DNA from: an uncultured archaeon
GTDB taxonomy: Archaea > Iainarchaeota > Iainarchaeia > Iainarchaeales > DATDZZ01
Length of the DNA: 32,000 bases
Assembly: GCA_964373795.1 (NCBI GenBank)
Contig: CAYJVY010000004.1
Span: forward strand, 1 to 32,000
Direction: 5' to 3'
A model generated the notes under the pieces. That model was not told where the DNA came from and made no database searches. It worked only from the letters and a program-made list of their open reading frames with translations. A program made the translations under genes and the position numbers. Positions 25,111 to 31,636 of this stretch are shown here, one piece after another. Every line of letters begins with the position of its first letter. Positions within the stretch are counted from its first letter, which is position 1.

Positions 25111-25312
25111 CGCCGAGCAGCCGGCGAGGCTGAAGCACTGTTCAGCCGGCAAAGCTGAAGTGACCAGCCCGCGAGGCTGAGTGCCCACGTGGGCATCGCG
25201 CTTGCCGCGCGAGACTACAGCTGAAGGGTCACGTGACCCCTCGCACTCGACGGGCGTGACGTCGCAGCCGACAAAGCTGAGTCAGCAGTTGACAAAACTG
25301 GAACCTGGTGCC
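25111..25312. other. GC-rich island made of about 10 consecutive mini-hairpins / degenerate direct repeats (candidate structured RNA or protein-binding array)
   Basis: - By hand count, 131 of 202 nt are G/C, between two convergent AT-rich genes.
- The repeated unit CAGCC-N5-GGCTGA(A)G, or the variant CAGC-N7-GCTGA(A)G, starts at 25118, 25143, 25165 and 25265. A degenerate copy starts at 25283.
- Two perfect 14-bp palindromes are present: TGCCCACGTGGGCA (25182-25195) and GGGTCACGTGACCC (25226-25239).
- Two further hairpins are present: TCGCGC-ttgcc-GCGCGA (25196-25212) and CGACG-ggcgtga-CGTCG (25248-25264). Confidence 0.6.
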
Positions 25313-25334
25313 TAAAACTTCATAACAACTATTG

Positions 25335-25994
25335 TTAAGGTAACAAGTTTTCTAATACAAAAGGAATTATTTTTTGCTCAGCTTTACGCAGGTTTTCTGT
25401 AAAAGTTGAAGCACTTAAACCTTTTCTTTTTGCTAATTCTTTAATGTTGGCTTTTTTTGGAAACTCGTAATACCCTTGTTCAAACGCGTATCGAATTAGC
25501 TCTTTCTGTTTCTCAGGCAAAGAAGGAACTGCATGTGGAATGAAGAAATCCTTTAAAGGTTCTTGAATAATTGACTCTACTTCAAAATGAACAAATTTCT
25601 CCATTTTTTTCAGCATTTTTGTAAGGCTTTCTTTTTTCCATGCACCGAAAGTAACTGTTTGAAAGCCTTGAGGAAAAACTGTTAAGGGTTTGACAAACAT
25701 TATTTCAGGGCTAATAAATAACTGTAAATGACTTTTAGCTGAACTCTTATGAGTGTAAACATAAAAGTCTCCATAGCTTTCAAAATTAGTAATGCTTGGA
25801 TTTTTTTTCACTGCAGCAAAATAGGCTTTTTTGTTTTCTTCAGAACCAATAACGTAATGCACAAAATCAAAGAAAATAAATTTGCCTTTCTTGAAGTGAT
25901 TAATTGGAAAACTTGTAAAAACGATGTTGAATTTTTTTGCATACTCTAAAGCATAAGAATTTTCATGCCAGTATTTGAGTTTTAAAATCCACAT
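25335..25994 (-). CDS. HTH_10 (bacterio-opsin-activator-type) transcription regulator (copy 1)
   Basis: The C-terminal LPEKQKELIRYAFEQGYYEFPKKANIKELAKRKGLSASTFTENLRKAEQKIIPFVL matches the HTH_10 pattern. I trimmed the start from 26372 to the Met at 25994, where MWILKLKYWHE aligns with the paralog start MWVLKAKIFHE. Confidence 0.7.
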   Translation of the reverse strand: MWILKLKYWHENSYALEYAKKFNIVFTSFPINHFKKGKFIFFDFVHYVIGSEENKKAYFAAVKKNPSITNFESYGDFYVYTHKSSAKSHLQLFISPEIMFVKPLTVFPQGFQTVTFGAWKKESLTKMLKKMEKFVHFEVESIIQEPLKDFFIPHAVPSLPEKQKELIRYAFEQGYYEFPKKANIKELAKRKGLSASTFTENLRKAEQKIIPFVLENLLP

Positions 25995-26050
25995 GAAATC
26001 AATAAAGAAAAAGAAATATTTAAAGCTAGCCTTCCATTCATTTACTTGAA

Positions 26051-26076
26051 AACATTTAAATATTTGTTTAAATGTT
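26051..26076. promoter_or_regulatory. 10-bp perfect inverted repeat in the divergent HTH_10 / zinc-ribbon promoter region
   Basis: AACATTTAAA-tatttg-TTTAAATGTT lies about 30 nt upstream of the ATG at 26107 and about 57 nt upstream of the HTH_10 start. Confidence 0.3.
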
Positions 26077-26106
26077 AATATATTGTTTTTATTCTCGGGG
26101 AGAAAA

Positions 26107-26406
26107 ATGAATTTAAAATACTGTCCTAATTGTGGAAAAATAGGGGACTTTGTTTCAGTTAAAGGAATACAAAGATGCGAGTCATGCAAAGTAGTTGGAA
26201 AACCATTAGAAGGAACAATTGATGAAATTAATGCTTTTGCAAAAAAAATAAAAGCAGGAAAACCAATTTCAAGAAATAATTCAGCAATTGATTCAATTTC
26301 AAGCCAAGCAATTACTTCAAAAACAAGTACTTCAAATCCTTCTTCAAATAATGAATGGAAAGAAAAATTCAAGTCATTAAAAGGAAAAATAATTGGTGCG
26401 GACTAG
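26107..26406 (+). CDS. Small zinc-ribbon protein with a Ser/Thr/Asn-rich tail
   Basis: MNLKYCPNCGK...(12)...CESC forms a four-Cys ribbon, and GGGGAG lies upstream of the ATG. It occupies the region that the ORF track assigns to an implausible N-terminal extension of the opposite-strand gene. Confidence 0.5.
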   Translation: MNLKYCPNCGKIGDFVSVKGIQRCESCKVVGKPLEGTIDEINAFAKKIKAGKPISRNNSAIDSISSQAITSKTSTSNPSSNNEWKEKFKSLKGKIIGAD

Positions 26407-27848
26407 AAAAGCTTTGTTTGACTTGGTTCTTTAGATGAATCTTCAAGTTTTTCTTTTTCATTTTCTAATTCAATTCTTTTTTCTTCAAGTTCTTTGAATT
26501 CATCTAATTGTTCAAAGGATTCAAAGGAATGAAGTTTAACTGGTTTAATGAATTTTTTCTTTAACTCTTGAGCTTCAAACAAAATTTTTTCAATTGATTT
26601 TGAATCAGGTTTTGCATTCAATAAAAAACTTAATTCTTTTTCATCAAAATCAAATTGAGTAGTTAATTCAACTGCATTTTTTTTGTTTTGCATTAAAGTT
26701 TTAATGAATTCTAAATCGTTTTTAATTACTTCTTTTGAAGAAGAATGAATTTTTTCTCCAATCTTTAAGGCAATTGCTTTCTTAGTGTTTCTTAAAGCAG
26801 TTGAAGAAGAAAGTTTTTTCAGAAAAGAAGGAAATTGAAGTTGAAGCCATCCATGGTATTCGTTTTCTTTGGCTAAAGCAACTCCTGAAGACATTAATTC
26901 AGATGAATACCTCAAAAAACCCCAATGCTGTCTACGCATTATTCTTCCATCAAATACATCTGCTCTGCTTAAAACCTCAAAAGCTTTTCTTGAATCCTCT
27001 CCCTTTAAATAAATTCTTGGAATATTTTCTTCAACCCATTTTTTTAATAAATCATTGTCAATGTCAATAAAGGCTTTAGATTTTCTAATTTCTTGCAAGT
27101 CTTGTTTTTTAAAGATTTTTTCAACTACCTGAAAAACATCTGTTTCTCTTTCTCTGAAAAAATTTAATTCCAAGTCTTGTAAAACAATTTTATTGTTTAC
27201 AATTGAAAGGTTTTGCAAGTCAAGTAATGCAGCTCTTAAATCTCCATTAGAGTCTTCTGCAAGTTTTTTTAATACTTCTTGATCAAAATCAATTCCTTGT
27301 TTTTCGCAAATCTCTTTCAAACGTTTTGCAATGCTTGGAAAAGAAATTTTGGAGAACTTTAATTCCTCGCAGGAAAATTTAATTGAATCAAGTTTTCTGT
27401 CTGGAAAAAAAATTTTGTTTGCAGTTAAAATAATTGGTTGCTGAGAATCCTTCAATATTTGAGTAATTGCTTGCAAGCCTCCTCTATCTTCACGTTTTTG
27501 AATTCCGTCAACTTCATCTAATAAAATTAATCTTTTCCCAGAAAAAAAAGAAGCATTTAATGAAGCGCCTCCAACAACTTTATCAATAATGTCTTTATTG
27601 CGGAAATCAGATGCATTTAATTCAAATAACTGCCAATTAAATTCTTTTGCCACAAGAAAAGCTAAAGCTGTTTTACCAATTCCAGGAGAGCCATGCAGCA
27701 ATAAAGGCTTTCCTTTAATTCCTTCACTCCAATTTTGAGCCCATTTTTTAACAAACCCAACAATTTTTGAATTTCCAACAAATTCTTTAAAGCTTTGAGG
27801 AGCAAATTTTTCAGTAAAAAGATCAGTCATTAAAAAATTAACTGACAA
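26403..27848 (-). CDS. rfcL: Replication factor C large subunit
   Basis: FTEKFAPQSFKEFVGN, Walker A HGSPGIGKT, Walker B LILLDEVDG, sensor TANK-like region, and an acidic/Lys-rich C-terminal tail typical of archaeal RfcL. The start may instead be the Met at 27830. Confidence 0.85.
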   Translation of the reverse strand: MSVNFLMTDLFTEKFAPQSFKEFVGNSKIVGFVKKWAQNWSEGIKGKPLLLHGSPGIGKTALAFLVAKEFNWQLFELNASDFRNKDIIDKVVGGASLNASFFSGKRLILLDEVDGIQKREDRGGLQAITQILKDSQQPIILTANKIFFPDRKLDSIKFSCEELKFSKISFPSIAKRLKEICEKQGIDFDQEVLKKLAEDSNGDLRAALLDLQNLSIVNNKIVLQDLELNFFRERETDVFQVVEKIFKKQDLQEIRKSKAFIDIDNDLLKKWVEENIPRIYLKGEDSRKAFEVLSRADVFDGRIMRRQHWGFLRYSSELMSSGVALAKENEYHGWLQLQFPSFLKKLSSSTALRNTKKAIALKIGEKIHSSSKEVIKNDLEFIKTLMQNKKNAVELTTQFDFDEKELSFLLNAKPDSKSIEKILFEAQELKKKFIKPVKLHSFESFEQLDEFKELEEKRIELENEKEKLEDSSKEPSQTKLF

Positions 27849-27906
27849 AGAAAATAAGAATTTTCCGCAAAGAAAAGATTAAATATTTCAAATAAACTAG
27901 TCTATC

Positions 27907-28581
27907 ATGTGGGTTTTAAAAGCAAAAATTTTTCATGAAGACTCTTTTGGAATAAAATACTGCAAAAAATACAAACTTACAATGCATGGATATCCTTTAT
28001 CAATTACTCCGCAAGGCAAGGAAGTAATTGTTTCAGTATGGCATTTCATTCAAGGCGAGAAAAAAAATATTAAAAAATATTATGCTGAATTAAAAAACGA
28101 AAAAAAATTATTTGATATTGAAATAAATGGCAACATATTGATTTACTCGTTTTCGGTTTCCAAAAACAACTCACATTGGAGAGCATATGCTAATCCAGCT
28201 GTCGTATTCTTAAAACCTGCAATCATAAATTCAAAAGGAGATGAATTCATAGAAATAGGGGCATGGAAAAAAGAAGTTTTAACAAAATTTATAGAAAGCG
28301 CTTCAAAGAAAATGGAAATAAATGTTTCAAGCCTGAAAAAGGAAAAAGCTCCAGATATATTTATTCCTTTTTCAATGCCAAAACTATCAAGCAAGCAAAG
28401 GATTTGCCTGGATTTGGCATACGAAAATGGTTATTATTTATATCCAAGAAAAATAACTTTGGAAGAACTTGCCAAAAAAGCAAAAATTTCTTATACCACT
28501 TTCCAAGAACATCTAAGAAAAGCAGAAACAAAAATAATTCCTTTTTTCCTGGAACAAACCAAAGCCGACAAACATCGGTGA
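27907..28581 (+). CDS. HTH_10 (Bat-type) transcription regulator (copy 2)
   Basis: The C-terminal LSSKQRICLDLAYENGYYLYPRKITLEELAKKAKISYTTFQEHLRKAETKIIPFFL matches the HTH_10 pattern. It is followed 33 nt later by the co-oriented swivel-domain gene. TGA stop. Confidence 0.75.
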   Translation: MWVLKAKIFHEDSFGIKYCKKYKLTMHGYPLSITPQGKEVIVSVWHFIQGEKKNIKKYYAELKNEKKLFDIEINGNILIYSFSVSKNNSHWRAYANPAVVFLKPAIINSKGDEFIEIGAWKKEVLTKFIESASKKMEINVSSLKKEKAPDIFIPFSMPKLSSKQRICLDLAYENGYYLYPRKITLEELAKKAKISYTTFQEHLRKAETKIIPFFLEQTKADKHR

Positions 28582-28614
28582 AACGACTTTTAACATAGAA
28601 ACTGGAAATTATTT

Positions 28615-30078
28615 ATGACAAAAAATAACTGGATTGTTTTAGCATCAGGAAAAGGCCATATTCCATTTTTTGCATATAGTGCATTCATGCATGCCATTGG
28701 AAAACCAATAAAAGAGTTTCCTGGAATAAAAAACATTTCAAAATATAGGAGAGTTCTAAACATTTCTTTTGTTGAAGAAAAAGATTTTCAAGCTCTTTGG
28801 AAATCTCTTGAAAAAGCAGAAAAAGAAAAACCAGGACTTCTGTTAAAAATCGGCAAGGTGTGGGAAAAAAAGTTAGTGGATTTGAAAAAATTTGTTGATA
28901 ATAATTCTGGAAAAAAATTCAAGGAAATGAACAACAAACAACTTTTGGCGTTTTTTAAAGAATTTTTTTCTGTCTGTGAAAAAGCACTGGAATTCGAATT
29001 GTTTTACTATGGAGCTAATGCATTTCTGCCTGAAAAATTATTCAAAGAATTGAATGAAATAATTGAAAACAAAAGTAAGATGAACGATGCCTTACTGGAG
29101 CTGACAGAAATTGATAAAGAGATTTCAGCAACAAAGGAAAGGAAAAAACTAATTGAATTGACTAGGTTTGTAAAAAAACACGGAAAAAATTTCGAAAACC
29201 CTGAAGTGAAAAAAAGAATTGAAAAACACTTGAAAGAGTTTGCATTTCTTGGATATTATTGGTGTGGCAGAAAACCATACAATTCAGAGAATATTAAGGA
29301 AAGAATTACAGAATACTTGGAAAAGGATTTAGAAAAAGAAATTCAAATCTGCGGAAAATGGAAAAAGGTTAAAACTAAAGTCAAAAGAATTTCGAAAAAA
29401 TATTCTTTGCCAAAAAGTATTCTTTTGAAAGCAGAAGCTGTAAGACATTATTCATATGTTTCTACTTTGGCGAATGAAATTTTTGGAAGCTATATGAGAT
29501 TTGGAATGCAAAAATTATTTGAAGAAATTGCAAAACGACTGTATATTTCTGTAGACCAAATTTTGGAGGCAAACAAGGAAGAAATAGTTGATGCTCTAGA
29601 GAAAGGAAAAATTTCAAAAGAATTGCAAAAAGAATTACAGGAACGGACTAAAGATTATTATTTTGAGTTCTATGACAAGAAAATTTTATTTTTTGACAGA
29701 AAAGAAATTGAAAAAGTGAATAAAGAAATGCAGCAAGAGAGCACTGAATTAAAAAAATTAAAACAAGTGCAAGGCTTAAGTGCAAAAAAAGGAATTGTAA
29801 AAGGAAAAGCAAGAGTAATTCTTTCACCACAAGAATTACATTCTGTGAAAAGAGATGAAATACTTGTTTCAATAAACACTACTCCTGTATTTGTCCCTGC
29901 AATGGAAAAAGTTAAAGCAATAGTAACAGATGAAGGAGGATTATTATCTCATGCAGCAATTGTTTCACGAGAACTAGGAAAGCCATGCATTGTTGGAACA
30001 AAGATTGCAACAAAGGTTTTCACTAACGGAGAATTAATTGAAGTGAATGCCACAAAAGGAATAGTTAAAAGGCTTTGA
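28615..30078 (+). CDS. PEP-utilizer swivel (phosphohistidine) domain protein with an unrecognised helical N-terminal region (copy 2)
   Basis: C-terminal GKARVILSP...DEILVSINTTPVFVPAM...AIVTDEGGLLSHAAIVSRELGKPCIVGT. The internal HLKEFAFLGYYW segment aligns with YLEKFAFMGFCT of copy 1. TGA stop falls at the same relative C-terminus as the paralog. Confidence 0.75.
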   Translation: MTKNNWIVLASGKGHIPFFAYSAFMHAIGKPIKEFPGIKNISKYRRVLNISFVEEKDFQALWKSLEKAEKEKPGLLLKIGKVWEKKLVDLKKFVDNNSGKKFKEMNNKQLLAFFKEFFSVCEKALEFELFYYGANAFLPEKLFKELNEIIENKSKMNDALLELTEIDKEISATKERKKLIELTRFVKKHGKNFENPEVKKRIEKHLKEFAFLGYYWCGRKPYNSENIKERITEYLEKDLEKEIQICGKWKKVKTKVKRISKKYSLPKSILLKAEAVRHYSYVSTLANEIFGSYMRFGMQKLFEEIAKRLYISVDQILEANKEEIVDALEKGKISKELQKELQERTKDYYFEFYDKKILFFDRKEIEKVNKEMQQESTELKKLKQVQGLSAKKGIVKGKARVILSPQELHSVKRDEILVSINTTPVFVPAMEKVKAIVTDEGGLLSHAAIVSRELGKPCIVGTKIATKVFTNGELIEVNATKGIVKRL

Positions 30079-30136
30079 TTAGGCAATTGCCGAATTTTTA
30101 TAAAGGCTTTTAAGATTTATTTTTTCAAAAATCTGC

Positions 30137-30555
30137 ATGGTGAAAAGATTTTATTTGGATACAAGTATTTGGAGAGACTATTTTGAAGACAGAGTTGACA
30201 AGTTTAGGCCACTTGGTTTGTTTGCTTTTCAATTTTTGAATGAATGCAGGAATAAAGGCCACAAGGTTTTGTATTCTGATTTGATTTTGTTTGAGTTACG
30301 AAAAGAATATTCAGAAGAAAGAATTAAGTCAATCCTTTCAGAGTTTCACAATATTCTAGAAAGAGTTGAATCTACAGACAAGCAAAAGTAGAGTCAAAGT
30401 TATTAGAAAATAAGTTAGAAGAAGCACATAATCCAGATATATTGCATGCAATTATTTCTAGAGACAACAAGGCAGTAATTATTACAAGAGACAAAGGCTT
30501 CGAAGAATTAAAACAAGTTGTCGAAGTTAAGAAACCAGAAGAAGTCACTTTTTAG
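30137..30555 (+). pseudogene. PIN-domain (VapC-like) toxin gene with a -1 frame break near 30389
   Basis: Frame 1 gives MVKRFYLDTSIW...FELRKEY...STDKQK then stop (30389-30391). The next frame continues from 30391 as ESKLLENKLEEAHNPDILHAIISRDNKAVIITRDKGF..., supplying the third and fourth acidic PIN residues. This is consistent with a 1-nt deletion. Confidence 0.65.
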
Positions 30556-30835
30556 ATTTTTCTTCCAATTCCCTAAAAAACTCTTCACTATATTTTCGCC
30601 TGTTTTCCAGCCATTCTTCATCTGTTTTGGATTTACTCATGCCTTTCAAAGCGCCTCTAGCTGTAAAAAGTGCTTGCCAAGCCTTTTCTTTTCTGCGCTC
30701 GACTTCAAGTTCTTTGAGTTTGCCTCTGATTGCATCTCTAATGAATTCAGTTTTCGTGCTGTATCTAAATTCATGCAAGACTTTTTCAATCTCTTTAGCA
30801 AGAGAAGATTCAAGTTTAATGCTAATGCTTTCCAT
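30545..30835 (-). CDS. Ribbon-helix-helix (CopG-like) protein
   Basis: The N-terminal ISIKLESSLAKEIEKVLHEFRYSTKTEFIRDAIRGKL is an RHH pattern. It is convergent with the broken PIN gene and overlaps it by 11 nt, so the two are not a classical co-oriented pair. Confidence 0.58.
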   Translation of the reverse strand: MESISIKLESSLAKEIEKVLHEFRYSTKTEFIRDAIRGKLKELEVERRKEKAWQALFTARGALKGMSKSKTDEEWLENRRKYSEEFFRELEEKSKK

Positions 30836-30910
30836 ATTACTAAGTAATACATAGTAGTATTTAAAAAATTAATGCAAAAAAAGCTTTAGCTCTAAGTTAA
30901 AAGAAAAAAA

Positions 30911-31034
30911 TGGGTTTAAGCTTAAACCCACTAAAAAAAGCCTATCCAATTTCCATTGAAATTAAAAAATATAAGTAAAAAATATAAGTAGTGGGACTTA
31001 GCCCACTTAATACTTAATCTTGGGCCTAACCAAG
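30911..31034. repeat. Three related GC-clamped hairpins in an AT-rich spacer
   Basis: tGGGTTTAAGCTTAAACCCa (30911-30930), aGTGGGacttagCCCACt (30990-31007) and CTTGGgcctaaCCAAG (31019-31034). All share a TGGG..TTA(A/G)..CC(C)A layout. The first and third are followed by A-runs; the second is followed by TAATACTTAATC. Confidence 0.35.
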
Positions 31035-31192
31035 AGTTTTAAAAAAAACTAATAATATATATGCATTAAATTATTTATATACATTTCTGCCATTTTATTA
31101 AACAAAACAACCATAAAAGCGTATAATTTTAAACATTTGTATACTAAAATATGAAATAATAAGCTCAAAGTAAACATTTATTTGGGGATTTT

Positions 31193-31636
31193 TTGGAATT
31201 AGACAAGCTTGATAGAGAGATTTTGAATATTTTGCTTGAAAACTCTAAACTTGCATATAGGAAAATTGCTGAAAGAGTTGGAGTTGTACCTGCAACTGTA
31301 ATGCATAGAATTAAGAGGCTTGAAAACGAGAAAATAATCAAGAGTTATACTATAGATGTTGATACTGTTAAGACAGGATATGAATTTGAAGTATTAATTG
31401 ACATGGTTATTGATAAAGGCCAAGACTATTTAGTTTCAAGCCGAATTATTGATAATCCTCAAATTGCTAGAATTTATAAAATCACTGGAGCAATGGATGT
31501 AGAATTGGTTGCAAAATTTAAAACAAGAAAAGAATTGGATAAATTTCTTCAAACAATTCAAGAAATGGAGTACGTGAATAGAACTGAAACAAAACTGGTT
31601 TTAAACACAATTAAAAAATCCGAAGTAATAATTTAG
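31193..31636 (+). CDS. Lrp/AsnC family transcription regulator
   Basis: TTG start preceded by GGGGA. LDKLDREILNIL...AYRKIAERVGVVPATVMHRIKRLENEKII is the HTH, followed by a RAM/AsnC-type C-terminal domain. Confidence 0.85.
   Translation: MELDKLDREILNILLENSKLAYRKIAERVGVVPATVMHRIKRLENEKIIKSYTIDVDTVKTGYEFEVLIDMVIDKGQDYLVSSRIIDNPQIARIYKITGAMDVELVAKFKTRKELDKFLQTIQEMEYVNRTETKLVLNTIKKSEVII

Noticed and set aside
25118-25303. CRISPR array interpretation of the repeated CAGCC...GGCTGAAG units
   Set aside because: The units are only about 17-18 nt, degenerate, and separated by 0-8 nt in places rather than by unique ~30-40-nt spacers. No cas genes are in the window.
25052-25315. A reading frame that is open across the GC-rich island apart from one TGA (25178-25180), tempting as a small protein or a third TGA-readthrough case
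   Set aside because: It has no ATG, only a GTG at 25181. GC-rich DNA is expected to lack AT-rich stop codons by composition alone. The segment is far better explained by its hairpin and direct-repeat structure.
25995-26372. The 126-aa N-terminal extension of the ORF-track entry 25335..26372 (minus strand)
   Set aside because: The paralog (27907..28581) aligns from the internal Met at 25994 (MWILKLKYW versus MWVLKAKIF). The extension is Phe/Ile-rich and looks like low-complexity nonsense. It is also antisense to a better zinc-ribbon ORF (26107..26406) that has its own ribosome-binding motif.
911-30835. Genome-wide reassignment of TGA (code 25 or code 4) for this organism
   Set aside because: Six otherwise sensible ORFs end on TGA: 911..1741, 13059..13832, 17265..17762, 27907..28581, 28615..30078 and 30545..30835. 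The TGA of 28615..30078 coincides with the C-terminus of its TAA-terminated paralog. TGA therefore functions as a stop here, and only the two Gly-position TGAs at 21448 and 21719 are anomalous.
22117-30854. Nested or antisense ORFs inside the swivel-domain genes, the malic enzyme gene, RFC, HTH_10 and the RHH gene. Examples: 22117..22371-, 22460..22681+, 22703..22900+, 23852..24115-, 24188..24619-, 24803..25021-, 25749..25949+, 26801..27070+, 28143..28394-, 28263..28598+, 29648..29879-, 30518..30854+ and 30646..30852-
   Set aside because: All overlap better-supported genes in another frame or strand and show no recognisable motifs.
30856-31192. Calling this spacer the replication origin because orc1/cdc6 is nearby
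   Set aside because: There is only one weak ORB-like dyad and no repeated ORB/mini-ORB set. An Lrp gene lies between it and orc1/cdc6. The orc1/cdc6 upstream region, the usual origin location, lies outside the window.
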